From a virus, in IMG/VR virus record IMGVR_UViG_3300029787_004704, positions 32,001-96,000 of that record: a DNA stretch of 64,000 nt, one strand, 5' to 3'. Below are positions 48,175-58,714 of this stretch, in pieces. The notes below the pieces were generated by a model. That model saw nothing but the letters and a program-made list of their open reading frames with translations. It was not told where the DNA came from and made no database searches. Each line of letters starts with the position of its first letter. The stretch's first letter is position 1. The position numbers and the translations under genes were made by a program.

Positions 48175-48602
48175 TGGCGTATAGATCAGCAACACCAGGA
48201 GACACATCATCATCTACAGCGGCAAAATCTTTAAGTAATTTAGGTGTAACAACAGCAACAGGCACAGAAGCCACAGTTCAATTTTTATCTGGAATAGGAG
48301 AAGAGAAAGTAGAACTTAATGCTGGAGAATATGATGCGGCTGTGGCATTTTTTGAAAACAGAGATTACGACAGATTAGCGGCAGAGTCAATTGCATATGT
48401 GTTGATGCGTCAAGCAAAAATAGATAATGTAAACGTATTCAAAATATTAGACACCCTAGAAGCACAAGCATCCAAAGATCCTGTGACTCTTAACAATCTT
48501 GTTGGAGAAATATTAAACCTAAACAGATTTAAAACGTCAATCCTTGGATATAAATCTGCTGGTCCACAAAACACATTGGCAAAAAGAAACATCAAGGCAT
48601 AA
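48174..48602 (+). CDS. hypothetical structural-module protein
   Basis: 142 aa, translationally coupled. Confidence 0.65.
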   Translation: MAYRSATPGDTSSSTAAKSLSNLGVTTATGTEATVQFLSGIGEEKVELNAGEYDAAVAFFENRDYDRLAAESIAYVLMRQAKIDNVNVFKILDTLEAQASKDPVTLNNLVGEILNLNRFKTSILGYKSAGPQNTLAKRNIKA

Positions 48603-48605
48603 TGT

Positions 48606-49028
48606 ATGGCACGTTGGGCACAAGGATTATATCAGCCTAAGCATGTTGACAAATATATAGGAAAAAAAACTCCTAGATACAGATCATCATGGGAATGGGC
48701 ATTTATGAATTTTTGTGACAACAATCCTTCGGTAATGCAGTGGGCGTCGGAGTCAATTCAAATTCCTTATAGACATCCACTCACAGGCAAGAACACAATT
48801 TATGTGCCTGACTTTTTTATTGTGTATAATAGTAAAAACAAAAAAAGAATTGCCGAATTGATCGAAGTTAAACCTAATAATCAAGCAAAGTTAGAAAATA
48901 TCGGAAAGAATATACAAAACCAAGCGGCATATATTGTGAATAAAGCCAAATGGGAAGCCGCAGGTAAATGGTGCAAGAACAAAGGCATTCGTTTCCGCAT
49001 ACTGACCGAGAGTGATATCTTTAAATAG
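48606..49028 (+). CDS. head completion nuclease (T4 gp4-like, TnsA-like)
   Basis: YRSSWE..FM.FCD, WASE, YVPDF, IEVKP, AKWEAA. Confidence 0.9.
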   Translation: MARWAQGLYQPKHVDKYIGKKTPRYRSSWEWAFMNFCDNNPSVMQWASESIQIPYRHPLTGKNTIYVPDFFIVYNSKNKKRIAELIEVKPNNQAKLENIGKNIQNQAAYIVNKAKWEAAGKWCKNKGIRFRILTESDIFK

Positions 49029-49032
49029 ACAG

Positions 49033-49548
49033 ATGACGAAAAAACTTGAAGAAATATTTGATCTTGAACAGGACAGTACGTCTCAAACTGCAGATGATAT
49101 GCGTGAATCATTAGAAGTTGAACAAGCTGAAAAAGATAATGCTGAAGCAGATATAATGATTAGAGAAAAAGTTGCAGTTGATAAGATTGATGCCGCACTA
49201 CCACAGGTAGGTGGGTTGGAAGATGACAAAGAGATCGATGAGTATGCACAAGAATCCTTTCAAGCATACAAAGATTTAATGGACCTGGGCATGAATATTG
49301 AACCTAGGTTAGCAGGACGTATTATGGAAGTTGCTTCAAGCATGATGAATAATGCTATTACGGCAAAAAATTCAAAAATTGACAAAAAATTGAAAATGAT
49401 TGAACTGCAACTGAAAAAAGAGAAGTTGGATCAAGGAAAACCTGAAGAAGAAGTAGTATCGGGCACAGGATCAGTGGTTGCAGACCGTAACGAACTGATC
49501 AAACAGATCCTAGCGAACAAACCTCAAGATGACAAGGAAGATAAATAA
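49033..49548 (+). CDS. terminase small subunit (T4 gp16-like)
   Basis: MTKKLEE.F..., helical, DRNELIKQI tail; upstream of TerL. Confidence 0.65.
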   Translation: MTKKLEEIFDLEQDSTSQTADDMRESLEVEQAEKDNAEADIMIREKVAVDKIDAALPQVGGLEDDKEIDEYAQESFQAYKDLMDLGMNIEPRLAGRIMEVASSMMNNAITAKNSKIDKKLKMIELQLKKEKLDQGKPEEEVVSGTGSVVADRNELIKQILANKPQDDKEDK

Positions 49549-49554
49549 TATAGT

Positions 49555-50148
49555 ATGAAAACATTCAGAGAACTATTAGCCGAATCAACTAAAACTTATG
49601 CAGTCCGTGTAAAGATTGCAGGCGACTTACCAGAAGCATTTGAGAAAAAGTTTAAAGACTACATGACAAAGTATGAAGTAGTTGAATTCAAGAAGGTTGG
49701 AAGCACGCCAGTACAAGAACACCCACATGAATTTCCAAGAATAAAAAATAAAGAAGTAGCAATATTTGATGTTGAAACATCTTATCCTATGTCATTCCCG
49801 CAACTTGAAGGCGTACTTGCTGAGCAGTTTGGTTTATCATTGGATCATGTTAAAGTAAAGCATCCAGCAGACGTAACAGAAATTATGCCTGATGACGAAG
49901 GTGAGTATGAATCAAAGTTAATGGATAATGAATACAAAGATTCTCCAAAAACAGAACCAACTTTTGGAGATGAGTACAACATGAGTCTGTTTAAAGAATT
50001 AATGAAGGATCGCTCAGAACAATCTGCAACGCAAGAAGCAGGCAAACTAATAAGCATGGGTGATGAGCAAGGCGAAACACTGTTAAAACGTGAAGACAAG
50101 AATCCAGAAGGTGTACAAGCTGGATCAATCACAAGACACTCCAAATAA
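49555..50148 (+). CDS. hypothetical late protein
   Basis: MKTFRELLAES N-terminus, late promoter. Confidence 0.7.
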   Translation: MKTFRELLAESTKTYAVRVKIAGDLPEAFEKKFKDYMTKYEVVEFKKVGSTPVQEHPHEFPRIKNKEVAIFDVETSYPMSFPQLEGVLAEQFGLSLDHVKVKHPADVTEIMPDDEGEYESKLMDNEYKDSPKTEPTFGDEYNMSLFKELMKDRSEQSATQEAGKLISMGDEQGETLLKREDKNPEGVQAGSITRHSK

Positions 50149-50166
50149 TCCACAGTAAATACAGGT

Positions 50167-51747
50167 ATGGGACAAAGTTTACAAGGTAATCTCACCAAAA
50201 AAGCACACACTAAGCAAAAGTTTACTGAAGAACACATTCTTGAACTGAACAAGTGTATAGATCCTAAGTCTGGTCCTTTGTATTTCTTACAAAATTACTG
50301 TATGATACAACATCCTACAAAAGGTTCTATGAAATTTGATATGTTCAAGTATCAACAAGGATTAGTAGACACCTATCACAACAATAGATTTGCTATTGCT
50401 ATGTTACCGAGACAAACAGGCAAAACAACTTGTGCGGCCGCTTACCTAATATGGTATGCTATGTTTGTGCCTGACTCACAAATACTGATAGCGGCACATA
50501 AATTTACTGGTGCTCAAGATATCATGAACAGAGTGAGATTTACATATGAAAACTTACCTGATTTTTTACGTGCTGGAGCATATTCATACAACAGAAATAC
50601 ACTTGAGTTTGATAATGGGTCCAGAATCAAAGCAACTACAACTACTGAGAACACTGGTAGGGGTATGTCACTATCATTAATATATTGTGATGAGTTTGCT
50701 TTCGTACAACCACCACTCAAAGCAAAAGAGTTTTGGACTTCATTGGCACCAACACTGGCAACTGGTGGTAAATGTATAATAACTTCTACACCTAACTCGG
50801 ATGAGGATCAATTTGCCCTTATATGGAAAGAAGCAAATAAGAAACTAGATGAATATGGCAACGAAATGCCTATAGGTAGAAACGGCTTTGCCGCTTTCAA
50901 GGCATCTTGGCGAGAACACCCAGATAGGACAGAACAATGGGCAAAAGAAGAACGTGCTAGAATAGGCGAAGAAAGATTTAGGCGTGAACATGACTGTGAA
51001 TTCTTAATTTATGACGAAACTTTAATTAAACCAACAAAATTAGCGGACCTCGAAGGCGTAGATCCTATTTCACGTCATGGTCATGTACGCTGGTACAAAA
51101 AGGTTAAAAAAGGTTGTGCTTATATTGTGTCTTTAGATCCTAGTTTAGGTACAGGCGGAGACTATGGAGCAATACAAGTTTTTGAATTGCCTACAATGAC
51201 GCAAGTTGCTGAGTGGCAACATAACAATACTCCGATTCAAGGCCAAATTCGCATCATGAAACAGATGATAGACCAAATTGCAGAAGATCTGAAAGGCTTT
51301 GGAGTGAGTCAGCCTGAAATTTACTACTCTATTGAAAACAACACCATAGGAGAAGCAGGGTTAATTGCTATTTCTGACATAGGTGAAGAAAACATACCAG
51401 GACAAATGCTGTCTGAGACAGCAAAAAAAGGACATGTACGCAGATTTCGTAAAGGTTACAACACAACACACAACTCAAAAATGAGTGCCTGTGCAAAATT
51501 CAAACAGATGCTGGAAGGTGACTCAATGAAGATACAATCTAAGAATCTTGTGTCAGAATTAAAGAATTTTGTTGCATCCGGCAACTCATACAAAGCAAAA
51601 CCAGGCGAGCATGATGACTTAGTCATGTCTACACTACTTGCTGTGCGTATGGCAAGCACAGTATCTTCGTGGGATCAGAAACTTTTTGAAAGATTACGTG
51701 ATTCTGAAGAAGAAATAATGATGCCTATGCCTATTATCATCACTTAA
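50167..51747 (+). CDS. terminase large subunit (T4 gp17-like)
   Basis: PRQTGKTT Walker A, LIYCDEFAF Walker B, ITSTPN, HDDLVM nuclease motif. Confidence 0.97.
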   Translation: MGQSLQGNLTKKAHTKQKFTEEHILELNKCIDPKSGPLYFLQNYCMIQHPTKGSMKFDMFKYQQGLVDTYHNNRFAIAMLPRQTGKTTCAAAYLIWYAMFVPDSQILIAAHKFTGAQDIMNRVRFTYENLPDFLRAGAYSYNRNTLEFDNGSRIKATTTTENTGRGMSLSLIYCDEFAFVQPPLKAKEFWTSLAPTLATGGKCIITSTPNSDEDQFALIWKEANKKLDEYGNEMPIGRNGFAAFKASWREHPDRTEQWAKEERARIGEERFRREHDCEFLIYDETLIKPTKLADLEGVDPISRHGHVRWYKKVKKGCAYIVSLDPSLGTGGDYGAIQVFELPTMTQVAEWQHNNTPIQGQIRIMKQMIDQIAEDLKGFGVSQPEIYYSIENNTIGEAGLIAISDIGEENIPGQMLSETAKKGHVRRFRKGYNTTHNSKMSACAKFKQMLEGDSMKIQSKNLVSELKNFVASGNSYKAKPGEHDDLVMSTLLAVRMASTVSSWDQKLFERLRDSEEEIMMPMPIIIT

Positions 51748-51768
51748 ATTCGTATAAATACGTATATA

Positions 51769-52155
51769 ATGGCAAACAAGTTAACAGTATCTGACAACAC
51801 ATCTATTTCGATGCCAATGCGTAATCTTATCAGCATTGTGGTCGCAGTTGGTATGGGCGTTTGGGCCTATTTTGGGATTGTAGAAAGAATAACCAAGATA
51901 GAAACTGAACTGCAATTAATAGAACAAGACCTATCAGCGGCAACTGAATTCATTGCAGGAGTTCCAAAAGGTGATATGGTGTCTCCACAAATTCAAGAAC
52001 TTTATATGCTGGTTGAATATCTTGCTGAGTCTACTGAAAAATTAAAAGAACAGATGGAAGCAGAAATCCCCATGATACTTAAAAATGATATGATAATACA
52101 ATTTCATGAAGAGAGATTGATAGATCTAGAAGAGCGAAAGAATGGGAATCATTGA
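51769..52155 (+). CDS. membrane-anchored coiled-coil protein
   Basis: One TM segment LISIVVAVGMGVWAYFGIV. Confidence 0.6.
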   Translation: MANKLTVSDNTSISMPMRNLISIVVAVGMGVWAYFGIVERITKIETELQLIEQDLSAATEFIAGVPKGDMVSPQIQELYMLVEYLAESTEKLKEQMEAEIPMILKNDMIIQFHEERLIDLEERKNGNH

Positions 52156-52372
52156 GACAGTCATTATCCTTAGTTTATACGTCTATGACGGCGGTAACAA
52201 AACTATAGAAGGCTGGTATCATCAAGACAATTTAAGCACTTGTTTATCAGCAAAAAGAACTGCAGAAAGAAACTCAGGAAATCAGGTACAATATACTTGC
52301 AGTTTGGAAAAATGTTCAATGACCACAGATCAAACTGGCGTAAAACATTGTGATAAGATAATAAAAGAATAA
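52142..52372 (+). CDS. small Cys-containing exported protein
   Basis: Hydrophobic N-terminus, 4 Cys. Confidence 0.55.
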   Translation: MGIIETVIILSLYVYDGGNKTIEGWYHQDNLSTCLSAKRTAERNSGNQVQYTCSLEKCSMTTDQTGVKHCDKIIKE

Positions 52373-52380
52373 GTATTGAT

Positions 52381-53925
52381 ATGGACTTATCAGCAGTAGC
52401 ATCAGATCTATTTGACGAGATTAAATCACGTTATACTAACCTCACACTGGGCGATGATACAGCACAAGTTACGACTGATCCGCAGTTAGCACGTTTTTTC
52501 AAGTTCAATTTTAATGATAATCCAATCAGTATAGCAGTAGATGAAACTGAATTGCGTTTGATCTACAACAGAGACATAACTGATATGCTTGACGAAGAAC
52601 AAGAATCAGATTGGTATAATTTTTGTAGAACCATGCGTGAATTTGCTGTGACACACAATTTAGGATTCAAGCCACAAGACATAGAAAAATTAGATCTCGA
52701 ACAAGGCGATTTTGAATTCATGTCGCAAGTAAATACAGTTAAGGAAAGCAAAATGCACGGAACAAGTAAAACATCATACGATAAACTAGATAAAACTAAG
52801 ATGATCGTACGTCATTCGAAAAAAGTTGACGAAGATGTACCTGGTGCACGTTCAAGAAACATATCAGCAATTTTTATTGAGAACGCCCAAGGGGAAAGAT
52901 TCCGTTTTCCATACAATTATCTAGCAGGTGCTAGAGCAATGATGATGCATGTTGCCAAAGGTGGCAATCCATACGATGAGATTGGTGAATCTATTGTAAG
53001 TAAAGTGGATGAAATTGCACAACTTAAGAAATTCTCTAACTATGCTGTAAGGCAAGGACTAGTAGATGAAACTACTTTACCATATGTTGAAGCGGCAACC
53101 GACAAAATTAAAGAAGCAAAGAAAACACTTCACAGGTTATCAAAAGAAACTGCATATGAACAAGCAGTCGAAAGTCTGAATGCACAGGAAAATGACTTAC
53201 AAGAAGATGATATAAATGATTTAAAGAAAATGTTTACTAAAGAAACATTTGATGAAGACATTGTTGATGCATTTAAATTTTTACCAGTTAACGAATTCAA
53301 AAAAGACGATGATGAAGAAGAAATAGACTTTAAAGCAATGACAGGCACAGCAATGAGAACAGCTCCATACGTGAACAAATGGCTTGCTAATCCAGAGAAT
53401 GCATTGATCCTTAAAAAAGATGATTCATATGATAAACTTCAAAACAATCTAAGAAGTCAAATGAAAGACACTGAGCAAAAACTTGCCGCTGTGATGCGTG
53501 ATATTGCAACAAGATTTTTATCAGCTGATCCACAAGATGACGAAGTGGCAAACTTTGCTTCAGAAATGGAAACAAAACTTGCGGCAGCTGGAGAATTATT
53601 CAATAAACAAGATCCTAACATGAAAACACTGAAAGGTGTTGCTATGCAGTTGGCAAATAGATATCTACAAGATATGAAAAAAATACAACAGGACGCAGAA
53701 TACAAAGATGAAGTAAGAAAGTCGCCGGAAGATGTCAAAGCATTCAAAAATATCAAAGGTAAAGACATAGAAAAAGGCAAACTTACAAAACAATACAAAA
53801 GAAAATACAAAGACGAATCATCACAGTTTGAAGCATGGTTAGACACAAAAGTTGCTGAAATGGAAATTGCTTTAGAGTCAGATGAAATTGTCAAATCAGA
53901 ATATCAAGATCCCTACACAGTTTAA
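52381..53925 (+). CDS. hypothetical late protein (514 aa)
   Basis: GARSRNISAIFIENAQGERF, LAGARAM..HV..GG.PYD; TAAGTA-N5-ATG. Confidence 0.7.
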   Translation: MDLSAVASDLFDEIKSRYTNLTLGDDTAQVTTDPQLARFFKFNFNDNPISIAVDETELRLIYNRDITDMLDEEQESDWYNFCRTMREFAVTHNLGFKPQDIEKLDLEQGDFEFMSQVNTVKESKMHGTSKTSYDKLDKTKMIVRHSKKVDEDVPGARSRNISAIFIENAQGERFRFPYNYLAGARAMMMHVAKGGNPYDEIGESIVSKVDEIAQLKKFSNYAVRQGLVDETTLPYVEAATDKIKEAKKTLHRLSKETAYEQAVESLNAQENDLQEDDINDLKKMFTKETFDEDIVDAFKFLPVNEFKKDDDEEEIDFKAMTGTAMRTAPYVNKWLANPENALILKKDDSYDKLQNNLRSQMKDTEQKLAAVMRDIATRFLSADPQDDEVANFASEMETKLAAAGELFNKQDPNMKTLKGVAMQLANRYLQDMKKIQQDAEYKDEVRKSPEDVKAFKNIKGKDIEKGKLTKQYKRKYKDESSQFEAWLDTKVAEMEIALESDEIVKSEYQDPYTV

Positions 53926-53933
53926 GTAATAGC

Positions 53934-54587
53934 ATGAGCAAAGTACTATGTGCTGGTTGCAGTCACACTCGCGAATTTTATTGGGATCCTTGGCCTGCCT
54001 ATATAGACAACTCTGTCAATATTGGCATACGTGGAGCGGGACCAGATCTTATTTCCAAACGAGTAATTGTTGAACTTGCCACAAATGAATATACACATTT
54101 AATAATACAATGGCCTGATCCTAACAGATGGGATCTATATATTGAAGATAAAGCACATGCCTTTGAGGCATTACCTATCAGTGGTATGCAACAGAGCCAA
54201 AAACGGACTTTCAGTAATTTAGATGGCAATGAAGTTGACATAGACGGATATTGCACACCTGGCAGTGAACACAGAGGATACATGAAGACATATTATAAAC
54301 AGTATTATTCACCAAAACAGCATCAGATTAACTTTTGGAATTGTGTTTTAAATGTGCAGTTGTTGTGTGAGAAACTTGATATAAAATATGCCTGGACCAC
54401 TGTGCTAGATCTTTATGAGTATGGAGATTGCCCTTTTGATTTCGTCGACCAAACAAAATTTATACAACCTACCGGCATGATAAATCATCTTACAAATCAA
54501 GGGTTTAGTGTCACCAACGATCACTTTTCTACAGAAGCACACAAAGAATGGTCAAAAATAATTAAATCAGGCTTGACTTTAGATTAA
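53934..54587 (+). CDS. SGNH-like protein
   Basis: AGCSHT, N.GIRGAG, IQWP..NRWD, DHFSTEAH. Confidence 0.6.
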   Translation: MSKVLCAGCSHTREFYWDPWPAYIDNSVNIGIRGAGPDLISKRVIVELATNEYTHLIIQWPDPNRWDLYIEDKAHAFEALPISGMQQSQKRTFSNLDGNEVDIDGYCTPGSEHRGYMKTYYKQYYSPKQHQINFWNCVLNVQLLCEKLDIKYAWTTVLDLYEYGDCPFDFVDQTKFIQPTGMINHLTNQGFSVTNDHFSTEAHKEWSKIIKSGLTLD

Positions 54588-54600
54588 AATTATATATACT
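54573..54600 (+). promoter_or_regulatory. sigma70-type promoter of the SSB gene
   Basis: TTGACT-N16-TATACT. Confidence 0.6.
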
Positions 54601-54657
54601 GTTATGTGTAGTGATACGCATTAGGCAAAACAAAAGCAAACATAGGAGGCTTACATT

Positions 54658-55647
54658 ATGGCAACACTAGCAGAAATAAGAGCAAAATTGCAGGCTCAAA
54701 CATCAAAACCTTCAGGTGAAGGCGGCGGTGACAACGCAATATACCCACACTGGAACATAGGAGAAAACACTGAAGCAGTGGTTAGATTCCTTCCAGATTC
54801 AGACCCAAACAACACATTTTTCTGGACTGAAAGAGCAATGATCAAATTGCCATTCAATTCAATAAAAGGTGAACCAGGATCGGCTCCAGTTATAGTACAA
54901 GTTCCTTGTATGGAAATGTATGGAGATGCTTGTCCAGTACTGGCGGAAGTAAGACAATGGTTTAAAGACAAATCATTAGAAGACATGGGTAGAAAATATT
55001 GGAAAAAACGTTCTTACATTTTCCAAGGATTTGTTGTATCTTCACCAATGCAAGAAGAAGCAAGTCCAGAAAATCCAATTAGAAGATTCATAATTGGTCC
55101 ACAAATATTCAACATTATTAAGAGTGCTTTGATGGATCCTGAAATGGAAGATCTTCCAACTGACTACACAAGAGGTGTTGACTTTAGAATTAACAAAACT
55201 ACAAAGGGTGGTTATGCTGATTATTCAACATCCAAATGGTCAAGAAAAACTTCACCATTAACAGCAGAGCAACAATCTGCAATTGACACAAATGGTCTAC
55301 ACAACTTAGGTGACTATCTACCAAAGAAACCATCAGAAGTAGAAATAAAAGTTATTGAAGAAATGTTTAGAGCATCTGTAGATGGCGAAGCATATGATAC
55401 TGAAAAATTTGGACAGTATTATAGACCATATGGTGTAAAAGCACCAGCAACAAGCACACCAGCACCGGTACAAACTCCTGCACCAGCAGTAGCAGAGCCT
55501 GTGACTGAAACAGTTGCTCCAGTGGTTGCACCAGAACCAGTAGCAGTAGAGACAGCACCAGTTACTCCTACAACTGAGCCTGCTCCTGAAACAGGGTCAA
55601 AAGCAGAAGACATTCTTGCAATGATCAGAGCAAGACAACAAAAGTAA
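54658..55647 (+). CDS. single-stranded DNA binding protein (T4 gp32-like)
   Basis: MATLAEIRAKL, VRFLPD, CPV, YWKKRSY, GYADYSTS; Pro/Ala/Thr linker. Confidence 0.9.
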   Translation: MATLAEIRAKLQAQTSKPSGEGGGDNAIYPHWNIGENTEAVVRFLPDSDPNNTFFWTERAMIKLPFNSIKGEPGSAPVIVQVPCMEMYGDACPVLAEVRQWFKDKSLEDMGRKYWKKRSYIFQGFVVSSPMQEEASPENPIRRFIIGPQIFNIIKSALMDPEMEDLPTDYTRGVDFRINKTTKGGYADYSTSKWSRKTSPLTAEQQSAIDTNGLHNLGDYLPKKPSEVEIKVIEEMFRASVDGEAYDTEKFGQYYRPYGVKAPATSTPAPVQTPAPAVAEPVTETVAPVVAPEPVAVETAPVTPTTEPAPETGSKAEDILAMIRARQQK

Positions 55648-55655
55648 ATCAATTA

Positions 55656-55673
55656 GGGGGAGGTAACTCCCCC
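55656..55673 (+). terminator. GC hairpin after the SSB gene
   Basis: GGGGGAG-GTAA-CTCCCCC. Confidence 0.65.
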
Positions 55674-55674
55674 G

Positions 55675-55703
55675 TTGACACAATGTACAAAAGTTCGTAT
55701 AAT
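55675..55703 (+). promoter_or_regulatory. perfect consensus sigma70 promoter of uvsX
   Basis: TTGACA-N17-TATAAT. Confidence 0.85.
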
Positions 55704-55720
55704 ATATTGAAGAGGTAGAT

Positions 55721-56824
55721 ATGGTAAAACCATTTGACGTAACAAAGTTTAGAAAAAATATTACAAAAAGCATCGATGGCCTTGGTATAGGATTTAATGA
55801 TCCTACAGATTGGATTTCTACAGGCAATCATGCATTAAATTATTTGATATCAGGAGATTTTTACAAAGGCATTCCGTTAGGAAAAGTAACAGTGTTTGCA
55901 GGAGAATCTGGTTCCGGAAAATCTTATATTTGTTCAGGTAACATTATAAGGGAAGCACAAAAACAAGATATATTTGTCATTCTAGTAGATTCGGAAAATG
56001 CACTTGATGAAGCATGGTTAAAAGCAGTAGGTGTTGATACATCAGAAGAAAAACTGTTAAGACTAGGAATGAGTATGATTGATGATGTTGCAAAAACAAT
56101 ATCTAATTTTGTTAAAGAGTACAGAGCAGATTATGGCGACAAAGATCCAGCAGACAGACCAAAAGTACTATTTGTTTTAGATTCACTAGGCATGATGATG
56201 ACTCCTACAGATGTTGATCAATTCAACAAAGGTGACATGAAAGGTGACTTAGGTCGTAAGCCTAAAGCATTAACGGCACTGGTAAGAAACTGTGTCAATA
56301 TGTTTGGCACATTGAATGTTGGAATGGTTGCAACTAACCATACGTATGCATCACAAGATATGTTTGATCCTGATGACAAAATATCGGGTGGACAAGGATT
56401 TGTGTATGCATCGAGTATTGTAGTTGCAATGAAAAAACTAAAACTTAAAGAAGATGAAGCAGGCAATAAAATTACAGATGTAAGAGGTATTAGAGCGGCC
56501 TGTAAAGTTATGAAAACAAGATTTGCAAAGCCTTTTGAAGGTGTGCAAGTTAAGATTCCGTATGAAACAGGCATGGATCCCTATTCAGGACTTGTTGATC
56601 TGTTTGAAAAGAAAGGCCTAATTACACAACAAGGCAACAGATTGAAATATATAACTGCAGATGGTACAGAAGTTCTTGATTACAGAAAGGCTTGGACAGG
56701 CGATAAACTAGATATTGTCATGCAAGAGGTAAGTAACCAAGTTGCTATCATTGATGATACAGAAACAAACGATTTAGAAGAGGCAGTACAAACACAACAA
56801 GATGGAGATACAGATGCTAATTGA
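55721..56824 (+). CDS. uvsX: RecA-like recombinase UvsX
   Basis: GESGSGKS, VDSENALD, VLDSLG, TNHTY, SGG.G..YASS. Confidence 0.92.
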   Translation: MVKPFDVTKFRKNITKSIDGLGIGFNDPTDWISTGNHALNYLISGDFYKGIPLGKVTVFAGESGSGKSYICSGNIIREAQKQDIFVILVDSENALDEAWLKAVGVDTSEEKLLRLGMSMIDDVAKTISNFVKEYRADYGDKDPADRPKVLFVLDSLGMMMTPTDVDQFNKGDMKGDLGRKPKALTALVRNCVNMFGTLNVGMVATNHTYASQDMFDPDDKISGGQGFVYASSIVVAMKKLKLKEDEAGNKITDVRGIRAACKVMKTRFAKPFEGVQVKIPYETGMDPYSGLVDLFEKKGLITQQGNRLKYITADGTEVLDYRKAWTGDKLDIVMQEVSNQVAIIDDTETNDLEEAVQTQQDGDTDAN

Positions 56825-57056
56825 TATGTGGGGCCTTATGAAGGCATATGTCAGTGTGAAGGAAAGAGATATTGTGGCTACTAAATTTGTTGATATTGCT
56901 TTAGACAACGGAGTATCAGACAGTGAACTGCAAGAATTAATTGGCATGGACGATGAACTGGATGAAGCAGTTAGAGAAATTCTTTCCGATGATGAAGATC
57001 AAGCAGATTACGATTACAGCGATGATTACGCCGGCGAAATATCAGATGATTATTAA
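56802..57056 (+). CDS. small acidic hypothetical protein
   Basis: 84 aa between uvsX and uvsY. Confidence 0.65.
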   Translation: MEIQMLIDMWGLMKAYVSVKERDIVATKFVDIALDNGVSDSELQELIGMDDELDEAVREILSDDEDQADYDYSDDYAGEISDDY

Positions 57057-57514
57057 TGGCAAATTGGTTTTCCATAGTCAGTTCAGATATCTCTAAGATA
57101 CCAGACGCAATCTTACATTATGAATCAGAGTTGGACAAAGCGGCTGTGGAAGTTAAACTTCACGGCAATTTAGAAAAACAATCAGCATCCATGCCGGGTG
57201 TTGTTGAAGAACGATTCAGACAACTTCAGGAAGTAGAAGGTATTCTCAAACATTTAGAAATACAACATCGCAGACTCAGAACAAAACACTATAAAAAATA
57301 TTTGGAAAATTATCAACGTGCTCTCACATCACGCGACGCTGAAAAGTATGCAGAAGGTGAAGATGAAGTGTGTGACTATGAAGCAATAGTAAATGAATGG
57401 GCATTATTAAGAAACAAATGGCTGGGTGTCATTAAGGCACTTGACCAAAAACAATGGCATATAACCAATATTGTAAAACTTAGAGTAGCAGGGATGGAAG
57501 ATGCCAATCTATAA
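57056..57514 (+). CDS. uvsY: recombination mediator UvsY
   Basis: YLENYQRALTSRDAEKY..GE, K.W.I.NIVKLRVAG; synteny. Confidence 0.8.
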   Translation: MANWFSIVSSDISKIPDAILHYESELDKAAVEVKLHGNLEKQSASMPGVVEERFRQLQEVEGILKHLEIQHRRLRTKHYKKYLENYQRALTSRDAEKYAEGEDEVCDYEAIVNEWALLRNKWLGVIKALDQKQWHITNIVKLRVAGMEDANL

Positions 57515-58028
57515 AGAAGTACATTTAGAAACTGACTTTGATTTTATATTGTCGCAAGATTATGATACTCATTATGGATCTTGCATATCACACCAAGTGC
57601 ATGAATTGAAAGATATACATGACAGATTTGGCGGAATGCCCGACACTTATGATCAAAACAATACGCAAATAAGTCAACTATGGTTTGAAGATGGACAATT
57701 AGATTTTACTGACATTAGTAAACAACTAGGAATAGATATTGTAACAGTAAGTGCAATTAGATTAAAACCAGGTAACACTATTCCTTTGCATAGAGACACA
57801 TTTTACAAAATTAAAACGCAGTTTCCAGACGATGAACGAGCAAGAGTACGAGCAAACATAAACTTGGAAACATGGAAAACTGGACACATTATTCAATACA
57901 ATGACAAAGTTATTACTGGATGGAAACAAGGTGATGGACATCTTTGGGATTCAGGAATAGAACATCTAGGAGCAAACTGTGGCATGGAATCAAAATACAG
58001 TTTGCAAGTTTCCGGATTTTTACTGTAA
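57501..58028 (+). CDS. cupin / 2OG-Fe(II) oxygenase-like protein
   Basis: PGNTIPLHRD, W..GD, EHLGANCG...KYSLQVSG. Confidence 0.7.
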   Translation: MPIYKEVHLETDFDFILSQDYDTHYGSCISHQVHELKDIHDRFGGMPDTYDQNNTQISQLWFEDGQLDFTDISKQLGIDIVTVSAIRLKPGNTIPLHRDTFYKIKTQFPDDERARVRANINLETWKTGHIIQYNDKVITGWKQGDGHLWDSGIEHLGANCGMESKYSLQVSGFLL

Positions 58029-58688
58029 AAATTTTAATCTTTTTGACAAATCTGGGTAATAAGATTTTGCCGGACTAAGCACATCACCATTGTGTTTTGG
58101 CAACTTATCCATCAGCAATATTCCTAAAGCACAATCTTCCGGAATCATGTTGTAATGATATCCTGTACGTCTGAAAACAGGTTGAGCAGTCCATTTATTC
58201 CATAGAGAATAATCACGGCCATCATGCCTTGATGCAATTAACCAGTCATACAGATCAACATTGTCGGTTAGTATTGCACCGCCTTTGCCTATTTTTAATT
58301 GTTTTTGATATTGAAAACTGCAACACATATCATAACCATCATTATACATACCGGAAGTAAATCTAGTTGCCGCATCTATGATAGAAGTATCGCCTAATTG
58401 GTATGTGCCACTCCAATTTACATCTGACCATGCAAACGGAATATTAAGATTATACAAAGTCATAGGTACACTTACATAGGTGTTTTTAGGACATGTCATT
58501 TGCATTGGTATTCCTTGTTCTAAATAATAACGTAAACAAAGTTCTAATGCATGAGTGTTTGAATCTACGACAACACACATAGGAGCATTAGTATAGGAAC
58601 ATATTTTCCGTTCAAACATATGGATTATGTCAAACGGATCTTCGAAAGTATATCCTGCTTTTATGAGTTGATCTAGTTCAGTACGCAC
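58020..58688 (-). CDS. DegT/DnrJ/StrS-family PLP aminotransferase (short form)
   Basis: FE..I..Y, VDSNTHALEL, IDAA, SFQYQKQLKIGKGGAILTD (PLP Lys). Confidence 0.8.
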   Translation of the reverse strand: MRTELDQLIKAGYTFEDPFDIIHMFERKICSYTNAPMCVVVDSNTHALELCLRYYLEQGIPMQMTCPKNTYVSVPMTLYNLNIPFAWSDVNWSGTYQLGDTSIIDAATRFTSGMYNDGYDMCCSFQYQKQLKIGKGGAILTDNVDLYDWLIASRHDGRDYSLWNKWTAQPVFRRTGYHYNMIPEDCALGILLMDKLPKHNGDVLSPAKSYYPDLSKRLKFLQ

Positions 58689-58714
58689 AAAATTAATTAT
58701 TCATAATTACAAGC

